Positions 47,104 to 56,232 of a DNA stretch of 64,000 nucleotides are shown piece after piece (within the stretch, counting starts at the first letter, position 1; each line of letters opens with the position of its first letter). Under the pieces are notes generated by a model, which made no database searches, was not told the origin of the DNA, and was given only the letters and a program-made list of their open reading frames with translations. The stretch is from Zavarzinella sp. (lineage in GTDB: Bacteria > Planctomycetota > Planctomycetia > Gemmatales > Gemmataceae). A program made the translations under genes and the position numbers. The stretch is from positions 142,287 to 206,286 of the forward strand of contig JAWKTI010000007.1 in the NCBI GenBank assembly GCA_041399155.1. Direction: 5' to 3'.

Positions 47104-47961
47104 CTACCCTTTCAGTCGTTCCAGGCTGTGAACAATGTGTTCGACAAACAGCTCTGCCACCACTGAAAGCTCCTCTTTTTTCATCAGTGCCAGTTCGGCA
47201 TCGGCCAGGTGTGGCATTTTTTTCTCTTTGCGAATTGGGTAAATTCCATCGGGGATCATATGTTCTGGCAGCACCGTAATCCCCAGGCCCGCCTTCACCG
47301 CAGCCAGCGTTCCTGCCAGGCTGGGACTGGTATAGCTGATGTGCCAGCTTTTCTTCGCTCGGTCGAGTGCGGCAATGGCACGTGTGCGGTAGATACATGG
47401 TTGTGGCGACAGCACCAGCGATAGAGGTTCTTCCATCTGATAATCGTTGCCGGCTGCCCACACCAGAGGTTCTCGCCAGACTTTTGTCCCACCTTTCACA
47501 CGCTGGGGATCGCGCTTGGCAAGGATCACATCGTATTCCCCACGATGAAAACCGTCGATCAGGTGCAGCGTCAGATTGCAGGAAACATTTAACTGCACCC
47601 TCGGGTGGTGCTGTCGAAAGCTCGCCAGCACATCCGGCAAATAATGGGTCGCAAAATCTTCCGGAGTACCAAAATGAATCTCACCTTCCATTTCCGGCTC
47701 TTTCAGCCGACTGTACACCTCCCACTGAAGTGCAATGATTCGTCTGGCATAGCCAAGAAAGATTTCCCCCTCCGGTGTCAGCACCACACGACGTCCGGAA
47801 CGATCAAAGAGAGCACAGCCCAGCTGGTCTTCCAGTTTTTTCATCTGCAGGCTGATGGCAGATTGGGTGCGGTTCACTGTGGCCGCAGCCAGGCCAAAAG
47901 TTCCGGTTTCTGCAATCGCAACAAAACTTCTCAGTTGCACCGTATCGACAAAGAACGACAT
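47104..47961 (-). CDS. LysR-family transcriptional regulator, divergent from dabBA
   Basis: HTH LRSFVAIAETGTFGLAAATVNRTQSAISLQMKKLEDQLG plus a LysR substrate-binding domain. Confidence 0.9.
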   Translation of the reverse strand: MSFFVDTVQLRSFVAIAETGTFGLAAATVNRTQSAISLQMKKLEDQLGCALFDRSGRRVVLTPEGEIFLGYARRIIALQWEVYSRLKEPEMEGEIHFGTPEDFATHYLPDVLASFRQHHPRVQLNVSCNLTLHLIDGFHRGEYDVILAKRDPQRVKGGTKVWREPLVWAAGNDYQMEEPLSLVLSPQPCIYRTRAIAALDRAKKSWHISYTSPSLAGTLAAVKAGLGITVLPEHMIPDGIYPIRKEKKMPHLADAELALMKKEELSVVAELFVEHIVHSLERLKG

Positions 47962-48091
47962 CAGCTCACCTATAAGAAAAACTTATCGTATCGATCAATA
48001 ACTTCAATTTTACAAATATCAACGACTATGTACATTGGTTATCAGGGACATGTGAGAAGTCATGCCTTTGAATACAGGAGTGGTGATTCGA

Positions 48092-49426
48092 ATGACTGAT
48101 TCGGTTGTTTTTCAATCGGACAATTTATCGTGGGTGATGGCAGGTCTGATCCTGGTTGTCTCGATCAGTGTGTCGGCATTCTCTGGTCGATATCTCGCAG
48201 GTGATCGCTTACAGCGTCGTCACCGCGGGCTAGTGGCACTGCTCACCTGTACCATGATTGTGCTGGTTTTCTCCAATCATCTGCTCCTGTTCTGGTGTGC
48301 ATGGTTGATCAGTAATCTGTTGCTGGTCCTACTGATGATCCACAACAGTCGGTGGGTCGCTGCACGCAATTCCGGCTTGCTGGCATTCAAAACACTGGGC
48401 ATCGGCACGATTGCCCTGGGTGCGGGTTTGTATCTGTTATACGTTCATACGGGCTCGATCACCATTGATGGTGTTCTGCAGTCGGACAAACTCAGCACCA
48501 CTCAGAGTGGAATCGGCTTGCTGTGCATTGCCATCGCGGCCATGGCTCAATGTGCCGTGTTGCCATTCCATCGCTGGCTATTATCGTCCCTCAATTCACC
48601 CACCCCCGTATCGGCATTGATGCACGCTGGCCTGGTGAACGGTGGGGGTTATCTGATTGTACGATTTGCTCCCATCGTCGCTGAACAACCGTGGTTGCTG
48701 CAAAGCATCTTTGTTGTTGGCTTGATCTCTGCCTTTGCGGGCACGTTCTGGAAACTGATTCAAACGGATATCAAGCGGATGCTTGCCTGTTCTACGGTTG
48801 GCCAAATGGGCTTTATGCTGGTGCAATGTGGGATGGGCCTGTTCGTGCCAGCAATTTCGCATCTGTGCTGGCATGGCCTGTTCAAAGCTTACCTGTTTCT
48901 GAATGCTGGCACCAGTGTGCGGGATCAGCGGACTGCAACTTCACAGGCATCCCCCACACTCTCCCACGTGGTGCTGGGACTCATTGCTGGCATGGTGGGC
49001 GTGTTCGCTTTTTGTGGTATTACCAACCTGCCGATTCAATTAGCAGACACTCGTTGTCTGTTAATTCTGATGGTGCTGCTGGCATCATCCCACCTGGCAA
49101 TCAAGACGCTCGCTCAGGGTCGCACCATCAGCTCCGTATTCATCAGCATTCTGGCCAGTATCATGGTGGGGATTTGTTACGGCTTCAGCATCAGCCTGCT
49201 GGAACAATTGCTGCCCGCATTGAGTGCCATCCCAGCGCAAGCAATGAATCCTGTATACTTTGCGGGGCTTGGCAGCTTTACCCTGGTGTGGCTGGCCATG
49301 CTGCTGGATCTTCCCGGAAAATTACAGGCCACCACTGCCTGGAAACGGCTGTACATGATGGCGTTAAATACCAGCCAGCCCCACCCACAGACAATTACAG
49401 CCATACGATCCGCCTACCAGATTTAA
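48092..49426 (+). CDS. dabB: NuoL/MrpA-like proton-conducting membrane subunit (DabB/MpsA type)
   Basis: A polytopic protein with complex I antiporter-subunit motifs (ALMHAGLVNGGGYLIVRF, GQMGFMLVQCG, HLCWHGLFKAYLFL). It lies directly upstream of a DUF2309 gene. CAGGAG is 11 nt before the ATG at 48092. Confidence 0.78.
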   Translation: MTDSVVFQSDNLSWVMAGLILVVSISVSAFSGRYLAGDRLQRRHRGLVALLTCTMIVLVFSNHLLLFWCAWLISNLLLVLLMIHNSRWVAARNSGLLAFKTLGIGTIALGAGLYLLYVHTGSITIDGVLQSDKLSTTQSGIGLLCIAIAAMAQCAVLPFHRWLLSSLNSPTPVSALMHAGLVNGGGYLIVRFAPIVAEQPWLLQSIFVVGLISAFAGTFWKLIQTDIKRMLACSTVGQMGFMLVQCGMGLFVPAISHLCWHGLFKAYLFLNAGTSVRDQRTATSQASPTLSHVVLGLIAGMVGVFAFCGITNLPIQLADTRCLLILMVLLASSHLAIKTLAQGRTISSVFISILASIMVGICYGFSISLLEQLLPALSAIPAQAMNPVYFAGLGSFTLVWLAMLLDLPGKLQATTAWKRLYMMALNTSQPHPQTITAIRSAYQI

Positions 49427-49438
49427 CAGGAGAAAACC

Positions 49439-51664
49439 ATGAATATACTTGCAAATCAGTACACCCGCCAGCATACGAAAGCACTAGCAGGGCATCAGGC
49501 AATTTTCGATCTGATTGCCCGCGCTACCAACACGGTTTCCCCTGTGTGGCCTTTGAAAAACTTCATTGCGGTCAACCCACTGCAAGGTTTAGAATACCTG
49601 CCCTTTGAGCAGGCTGTTGCCATCGCCAGACAGCAACATGCGATTCAGAATGAGCAGCAGGATGGGCGCGAGGCGGTCAATCGCCAAATGATTAAATGGT
49701 GCGGTGCCTATTTTGATGAAGGCCAGGCAACGTTTCCGATTCCGGAGCGTGTCAAGGGTTTTTATTATGCGTTTGTACAGCTGGTGCGGTTCGATAAGAA
49801 CTTAATTCGCACCCAGCAAGATCACGCACTGGTAAAAAATCTGCCGGAATCACCCATCCAGGCGATTGAGGACTCTCTCAGACAGCTTGAGATTCCCTCC
49901 GAAGATCAGGAAGAGTTTCTTCGGCAGTCTCTGGAGGCATTACCGGGCTGGTCTGGCTACGTGAAGTGGTTAGAACTCTATCCCACCCAGGGAAATGGGG
50001 TGCGTGCCTCTTTGATTGAATATCTGGCTGTTCGCCTGGTATTGACGCAGTTGTTGTGGCCAGCAGCAAGTGCGATCCCATGTGCTGTGCAGTCGACTGA
50101 TTTGTCTTCACTTACCACTGCCGAACAAGGTTTCCGCCAGAAACTAATTCCCGAGTTGCTTCACAACAGTCAGCAGGAATTGCCCACGGAAACCGTGCGA
50201 CCAGACGCCCAGTTCGTTTTTTGTATTGATGTGCGATCTGAATCATTTCGGCGGGCAATTGAACAGATTGGAAATTACGAAACCCTGGGCTTTGCGGGCT
50301 TTTTCGGCATTCCAGTCGAAATTCATCCTTATGGGGAGCAGAACGCTTATGCGTCCTGTCCGGTATTGTTGAATCCTAAGCATCACATCCGTGAGCATGC
50401 AGATGATTCGCCAGAAACAATCAGAAAGCATGCTCGTGGCAATCGTTTACTTCGGCTGTTCAAGGATAGTTATACCCGCTTGAAATACAACTTTACCACC
50501 CCCTTTCTGCTGGCAGAAACCATTGGGCCGGTGCTGGGAATCAAGATGGTGTGCAAGTCGCTCTTCCCAAAGGTGACTGCAAAATTTGCCCGTTTGTTCC
50601 GGGGTGGGGTAGTGCCGGAAATCCAGGTCAAACCTTGTCTGGAAGGAATATCTACCACAGCACAAGTTGATTATGTGGAAACTGTGTTGCGAATGCTGGG
50701 CTTAACGGCAATCGAATCCCCATTTGTGATCTTCTGTGGGCATGGCAGCAGCACTGTGAACAACGCCTATGGTTCCGCACTGGATTGCGGCGCCTGTGGC
50801 GGAAATCACGGTGGGGGAAATGCCCGCATACTGGCCAGCATTCTGAACAACGTGATGGTGCGTGCCCACCTGACAGAGCGTGGGATTACGATCCGTCCCT
50901 ACACGCTGTTTCTGGGTGCAGAGCACAACACCACGACCGATGAAGTACAGTTTTATCTGCCCCGCCATGCCACCGAATGGGAACGCCAACAACTGGATGT
51001 GATCAAAGCTGATCTGGAACAGGCACGCAGCGTGAATACGGGCAATCGTGCCCGCACGCTGGGTGCTGCTTGCCATCATCAACATGCCATTGCCGAAACC
51101 AGCCGCCGGAGCGTAGACTGGGCAGAAACCCGCCCCGAGTGGGGCCTGGCCAGAAATGCTGCTTTTATTGTCGGTTCTCGTCGATTAACCCAGTCGCTGG
51201 ATCTGGAAGGACGGTGCTTTCTTCATTCCTATGACTGGATGAATGATCCGGATGGGACGCAGCTCACCACAATTCTGACCGCACCGATGGTGGTGGCACA
51301 ATGGATCAACAGCCAGTATCTGTTTTCCACGCTCGATCCCGTGAATTATGGTGGTGGCAGCAAAATCACCCAGAACATTACAGGCAAGATCGGAGCGATG
51401 CAGGGAAATGCCAGCGATTTAATGCACGGCTTGCCGTATCAATCAGTCTACTCGAAACATGGCACCCCATACCACGAGCCAATGCGACTGCTGACAGTAG
51501 TCCATGCACCATGCACCATGCTGGATGGGATCATTCAATCGCAAGCTGTTCTGCAGAAGCTGTTTGGCAATGGTTGGGTGAATCTGGTGTGTATCGATCC
51601 CACCGATCAGCGTGCCTACCACTTGCAGCGGGACTTTCGCTGGGAGGCGATCAATCCTGAGTAA
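49439..51664 (+). CDS. dabA: DUF2309/UPF0753 protein, the DabA subunit of a DAB inorganic-carbon pump
   Basis: WPLKNFIAVNPL, FVFCIDVRSE (Cys/Asp zinc ligands of the beta-CA-like site), FCGHGSSTVNN and LDCGACGG (His/Cys ligands). AGGAG RBS is present. Confidence 0.85.
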   Translation: MNILANQYTRQHTKALAGHQAIFDLIARATNTVSPVWPLKNFIAVNPLQGLEYLPFEQAVAIARQQHAIQNEQQDGREAVNRQMIKWCGAYFDEGQATFPIPERVKGFYYAFVQLVRFDKNLIRTQQDHALVKNLPESPIQAIEDSLRQLEIPSEDQEEFLRQSLEALPGWSGYVKWLELYPTQGNGVRASLIEYLAVRLVLTQLLWPAASAIPCAVQSTDLSSLTTAEQGFRQKLIPELLHNSQQELPTETVRPDAQFVFCIDVRSESFRRAIEQIGNYETLGFAGFFGIPVEIHPYGEQNAYASCPVLLNPKHHIREHADDSPETIRKHARGNRLLRLFKDSYTRLKYNFTTPFLLAETIGPVLGIKMVCKSLFPKVTAKFARLFRGGVVPEIQVKPCLEGISTTAQVDYVETVLRMLGLTAIESPFVIFCGHGSSTVNNAYGSALDCGACGGNHGGGNARILASILNNVMVRAHLTERGITIRPYTLFLGAEHNTTTDEVQFYLPRHATEWERQQLDVIKADLEQARSVNTGNRARTLGAACHHQHAIAETSRRSVDWAETRPEWGLARNAAFIVGSRRLTQSLDLEGRCFLHSYDWMNDPDGTQLTTILTAPMVVAQWINSQYLFSTLDPVNYGGGSKITQNITGKIGAMQGNASDLMHGLPYQSVYSKHGTPYHEPMRLLTVVHAPCTMLDGIIQSQAVLQKLFGNGWVNLVCIDPTDQRAYHLQRDFRWEAINPE

Positions 51665-51682
51665 TTTTTCATGGTAGCTCTG

Positions 51683-52558
51683 TTATTGATTGCTGGTCAA
51701 TCTTTTCCGCACCACGGTGACCTGTTGTGCGGCCTTCAGTTGATCTGCACCCACATGATCATGAAAGACCAGTAGTTTTTCCAGGCCGCCATCCGCACAG
51801 GTGCGTTCGAAGATCATCGGCTGGTGGTACATCGGCCATTCGGCAAAGCAGAGCACCGCCTCATCTCCGTTGCCTTCCTGCCACGAGATTGCCGAAGTAT
51901 ACAGATTGGGTGAACTCCAAAGATGCCCACTGAGCATCAGGCCGTTGCCAAGATCCTGTGGCCAGACGTTCTTCTGAAACTCCAGCGACAAGCATAACGA
52001 AGTGGGGGATTCCGCACCAGTATCGGCAGGTCGTGGTACGGATGTTGTGGTTGCGACACCTGGCTTCCATATCTCAGCAGTTTCGATGGTGTTTTCACGC
52101 CATGCCAGCGGAATCTGCCTGCGGGAAACATTCAATTGTGCACTGATTGGATAATGATTCCCACCTGCACGGCACCACCACTGTGGGAACCGTTCCAGGA
52201 ATTGATTATCCAGTTGCTCGTAGCCGTTGGGATATTGTTTGATGAAGTCGTAGTAATTGAAATCGGGCACGGTGCGAATTGCCTGCAGCCAGTTCAACTG
52301 TAAGACGCAGGCTGAAATCGCTTTGGGTTTGGGTGTTTTTGATCGGGCTTTTGCAGGCAAGCCAACAATCTCTACCACCATTTGAGAATAGTTCTGTTGA
52401 AAATCAAACACCAGTTGGGTGGCCCGTTCTGGCAGCGGATCGTTGATCATGGCTGCAAGAATCGGCAGTAACTGCTGCTCGATCTGCAGCAATCGTTGAT
52501 CAAGAATATCAGCGTAGGGTGCCATCTGGATGATTGCAGAAAAATCAAGAAACGACAC
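51683..52558 (-). CDS. Hypothetical protein
   Basis: A 291-aa ORF with protein-like composition and no recognised domain. It is the last gene of a tight three-gene minus-strand cluster. Confidence 0.5.
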   Translation of the reverse strand: MSFLDFSAIIQMAPYADILDQRLLQIEQQLLPILAAMINDPLPERATQLVFDFQQNYSQMVVEIVGLPAKARSKTPKPKAISACVLQLNWLQAIRTVPDFNYYDFIKQYPNGYEQLDNQFLERFPQWWCRAGGNHYPISAQLNVSRRQIPLAWRENTIETAEIWKPGVATTTSVPRPADTGAESPTSLCLSLEFQKNVWPQDLGNGLMLSGHLWSSPNLYTSAISWQEGNGDEAVLCFAEWPMYHQPMIFERTCADGGLEKLLVFHDHVGADQLKAAQQVTVVRKRLTSNQ

Positions 52559-52581
52559 GGGAACCGTATTATTCGCAGCCT

Positions 52582-53124
52582 TTACTTTTTCCAGAAGGTG
52601 CCGAGTTTCTGTTCAATTTCGGTCAGTTGTTTCTCAGTTAGCTGATCGACTTTCAGTGCGTAGTTATGGACCACTTTTTTGTTATTGAACATCAGGATGG
52701 TAATGTCGGCCTGTTCTGCCAACAGGTATGCAGGTGGGCCAACAGGATCATCAAAGACACCCGTGGGGGTTGATTTCAGGCCTGTTTCTTTGGTCCATTT
52801 GCCCAGTTCATCCTGAGAAATGGTTTTTTCACCCAGAACGGTCAGCCAGCATTTCGGCCCACCCATTGCAATAGCCTGTGCGTCAATTTTCTGCATCAGT
52901 TTCGCCATCTGGCCGGAAACCGTGCGTGCAAAGACGATCACGCCTGGCTTTTCAGCGGTTTCACAGACATAACAGGTAAGCTGGCCGCGTTCTGGTCCAC
53001 TGGAAACCAGAAAACTGTAGGGCCCAGGCCGCTGTCCCACCTGTGGGCCAGAAACCAGTGGATCGGCAGCAAAGCTGATAGCTGAGATGCTCAGCAAAAG
53101 GGCGGATGTTAAAAGAACTTTCAT
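52582..53124 (-). CDS. Secreted hypothetical protein with a CxxC motif (thioredoxin-like fold suspected)
   Basis: Signal MKVLLTSALLLSISAISFA, then LTCYVCETAEKPGVIVFAR. Confidence 0.5.
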   Translation of the reverse strand: MKVLLTSALLLSISAISFAADPLVSGPQVGQRPGPYSFLVSSGPERGQLTCYVCETAEKPGVIVFARTVSGQMAKLMQKIDAQAIAMGGPKCWLTVLGEKTISQDELGKWTKETGLKSTPTGVFDDPVGPPAYLLAEQADITILMFNNKKVVHNYALKVDQLTEKQLTEIEQKLGTFWKK

Positions 53125-53147
53125 GAAACTCTCGCGATGAAAAATAC

Positions 53148-54827
53148 TCAATCAGATGAACTTGCGGTTGTGGCAGGCTTGGAAGGCAGGGTAATTCGTT
53201 GAGCCTTTTTCGAAAGCCCTTCACGAATTCGTTGAATATCCAGTGGGTCGGCATTTTTCCACAGCCGACTGGCCAAAGCGGCAAAACGGTTCGCTTCTTC
53301 GGTTCTGCCCAGTCGCTGGCACAACACTTCCATGCCCAGTGCGGCACGCACGCTGCCCGAATCGTGGGCAAGAGCTTCCAGAAACGCTTCTTCTGCCTGC
53401 ACAGCATCGCCCGCTTCCAGTGCACCCACACCCCACGATTCCATGTAATAGCCACCACCCCCCCAGGCATGGTGACTGTAGTCGGCAATTGTTTTATCCA
53501 CTGCTTTTTTCAGCAGTTTCAGACCAGCATCGCCATCATTGGTTAAGCAGGCCAGGCGACCCTGCATTTCCAGATAGCGTAACTCCAGGCGACGATCCGA
53601 TTTTCGTTTTGCCTGGGCTTCTTTTAACACATCGACCTGCTTTTTCAAACGATCCACATCGCCTTTTTCCACTGCCACCAAGGCAGAGAAATAGGCCGCC
53701 ATCGTTTTATCGCTGCGTTGTTGCTGGCCGATGATCTTTTCTGCTTCTTCCCACTGGTGCCTGCCCAAAGCAATCCGGAAAAATGGGAAGTTAAACTTAT
53801 AGTTGTAAGATTCGCAAAGTTTGCGGTGCAATTCCGCTTCCGAATAACGCCCATCGTGCAACAGGCTCAACATCAACGTTTCCATATGGTGGGAGAATTG
53901 ATGGTCCTGGGTGTTCTTGACACCCTGCACTTCGTGGTATTGGCGTTGCAGTTCAATTGCTTTCGCAGATCGGTCTGTTGTTTTGTCCCACTTGCCAATC
54001 CGCATGGCCAGGTGGGCCTGCATGTGCCAGGCGTGGGGAAGCCCAGGCGATGAGGCAATGTAACCTTCCGCATAGGGCCAGCCTAACGCAGGCCGACGCG
54101 AACCTTCATAAAAGTGAACCAGTTCGTGGTTGGAACCAGGGTGCAGCGGATTGATTTTCAGCAACGCTTTGTGAAAAGGCACCCCGTCTTTCGATCCACC
54201 GTGGCTCCCACCGTGGATCGCTGCACGGGCAAACCAAGCCTCTTCATCATCATCGTAAATCGTCAGCATGTCGTTCAGGGTGGCGATGGCTGCATTTCGC
54301 TTCGCTTCCAGTGTGGTGTTTTTATCACCTTCCAACAGGCCTTTTTCCTGCAACTTCGCCTTGATAATCAACTGTTCACGGTGGGGAGCAAGCGGCATTT
54401 TCTCCTGTGCCTTTTTCAGGGCATCGGTGGCCAGTTGCTTCCGCCAGCGTTCCAGCCCGTTATGCAGGATCAGCCAGGCGTAGGCACAGTCCGGATCGTG
54501 CCGAAGTGCCGTTTCTGCCGACCGAACCGCTTCGATGTAAACGTAAGAATAATAATACCCCAATGCCTGATCGACGTATGCCTGGCACTTGTCCGATGTG
54601 GTACCCACGCGGTACTTGTACAGGCAAAGATTATCGATGAGCACTGCCGGAGCCAGTTTACTCATCGGTAGCCTTTCATCCAGTACCACGACTACCATAG
54701 ATGGTGCGGTCAGCGGGATGACATCCGGCACCTTGTTGCTTGCGGGTGCGGTATCGGCGGGGGTTCTTTGTGCCAGTGACTGATTCAGTGTGATCAGGCA
54801 CAAACACAGTGCTATGCGGTGCATCAT
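53148..54827 (-). CDS. Secreted TPR-repeat protein
   Basis: Signal MMHRIALCLCLITLNQSLAQ, followed by helical-repeat (TPR-like) sequence throughout. Confidence 0.65.
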   Translation of the reverse strand: MMHRIALCLCLITLNQSLAQRTPADTAPASNKVPDVIPLTAPSMVVVVLDERLPMSKLAPAVLIDNLCLYKYRVGTTSDKCQAYVDQALGYYYSYVYIEAVRSAETALRHDPDCAYAWLILHNGLERWRKQLATDALKKAQEKMPLAPHREQLIIKAKLQEKGLLEGDKNTTLEAKRNAAIATLNDMLTIYDDDEEAWFARAAIHGGSHGGSKDGVPFHKALLKINPLHPGSNHELVHFYEGSRRPALGWPYAEGYIASSPGLPHAWHMQAHLAMRIGKWDKTTDRSAKAIELQRQYHEVQGVKNTQDHQFSHHMETLMLSLLHDGRYSEAELHRKLCESYNYKFNFPFFRIALGRHQWEEAEKIIGQQQRSDKTMAAYFSALVAVEKGDVDRLKKQVDVLKEAQAKRKSDRRLELRYLEMQGRLACLTNDGDAGLKLLKKAVDKTIADYSHHAWGGGGYYMESWGVGALEAGDAVQAEEAFLEALAHDSGSVRAALGMEVLCQRLGRTEEANRFAALASRLWKNADPLDIQRIREGLSKKAQRITLPSKPATTASSSD

Positions 54828-54979
54828 CGTTGAATTCTCAACGTGCGAGGATTATGGATGTTTACCACATGATAACGCCAATCCAAAAGTTTGGCGCATT
54901 GATGATAAACTTTTCATCAAATGGATATATCTTATCCGTTCGGTGAAAATTATTGTAACCAATTGTCACCCGACTTGGA

Positions 54980-56185
54980 ATGACAAAATTGTTAGAAACT
55001 GGTGTTGCTGCCCATTGGATCCTGCCCGCGACAGGTCATGTGGTGCCAAATGCGGAAATCGTTGTCCGCGATGGCTTGATTGCGGAACTGAAACCGATGG
55101 CCGCACCACCCGAAGGTGGGGGCACCACGATTGTGCTGCCGGGGCTGGTGAACGCCCACACGCACCTCGATTTGTCGACGCTTCGTATTCCGGTGACAGC
55201 AAAAAAACCAGTCGACTGGCTGCACCGTGTGGTGCAGGCCCGTACCCAGGATCAGCCCGGTGATGCTGCCCAACGAATCCATGCCGGGGTGCTGGAATTG
55301 CTCGATTTCGGTGTCACGCTGGTGGGCGATATCTCCTCTGGCGGTCTGACGAGCGAGTTATTCCCCACCCTGCCGATGTGGGGCGTCGTTTTTCATGAAA
55401 TTCTTGGCCTGAGCGACGCACGTGGCAATCATTTCTGGCAGCAGATGATCAAACGTCTGCACGAATATCCCGCCACAGACAACTGGCAGTGGGGCATCAG
55501 TCCCCATGCACCGTACAGCACGCACCGACAGCTCATTGAGGCAGCCGCACGGCTCGATATTGGTCCCGTGTGCATCCACCTGGCAGAATTTTCCTGTGAA
55601 AAATCGTTGCTGGAAGAAAATTCAGGTGAATTGGCGCGATTTTTGCAGGAAATCAATCTTTGGCACCCTGCTAATCTGGCACCACACTGGGAGTGGATTC
55701 GCTGGAAACTGCGACGTGCCAGCCAGGCGATCTACGTTCATGCGAATTATTTACCCAGAACACCTGCTTTTCATCATAACGAAGCGGTTATATACTGCCC
55801 ACGCACGCACCAGGCCTTTGGGCATCCGAAATACCCACTGTCGGAACTGCTGCAGGCTCAGGTGAAGGTGGCACTAGGGACCGATTCCCACGCATCGACA
55901 CCGAATCTGGACCCACTGGCAGAAGCGTGCCTGGTGCGGCAGCAGTTTCCCGACATCCCACCGGAAATGATTCTGCAGATGATCACGCGGTGGGGAGCGG
56001 AAATGCTGGGTTTTGCCCACTGCACCGGAAGTCTGGAAGTGGGCAAATCAGCCGATCTGGTCATGATTCAGGCCCCCACCCGATTGAAAACGGTCGACGA
56101 AGTGTACCATTTTCTCTTTTCAGGTGCGGCCATCGGCCTCCCACGCACCACCATGTGGCGGGGAAAGTGGCGACGGCGTGAATAA
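54980..56185 (+). CDS. Amidohydrolase-superfamily deaminase/chlorohydrolase-like protein
   Basis: VLPGLVNAHTHLDLS (HxH metal motif), CIHLAE, VHANYL and ALGTDSHAS (the conserved Asp region). Confidence 0.78.
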   Translation: MTKLLETGVAAHWILPATGHVVPNAEIVVRDGLIAELKPMAAPPEGGGTTIVLPGLVNAHTHLDLSTLRIPVTAKKPVDWLHRVVQARTQDQPGDAAQRIHAGVLELLDFGVTLVGDISSGGLTSELFPTLPMWGVVFHEILGLSDARGNHFWQQMIKRLHEYPATDNWQWGISPHAPYSTHRQLIEAAARLDIGPVCIHLAEFSCEKSLLEENSGELARFLQEINLWHPANLAPHWEWIRWKLRRASQAIYVHANYLPRTPAFHHNEAVIYCPRTHQAFGHPKYPLSELLQAQVKVALGTDSHASTPNLDPLAEACLVRQQFPDIPPEMILQMITRWGAEMLGFAHCTGSLEVGKSADLVMIQAPTRLKTVDEVYHFLFSGAAIGLPRTTMWRGKWRRRE

Positions 56186-56232
56186 AATTGTTGCTGATTC
56201 AGTACTGTTCGAACAATCAGAATTGAGTGTAG

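Noticed and set aside
48691-49608. 305-aa alternative-frame ORF within dabB
   Set aside because: It is out of frame with the NuoL-like membrane protein and non-membrane-like. It is also bridged over the dabB-dabA gap, where the real genes have an RBS.
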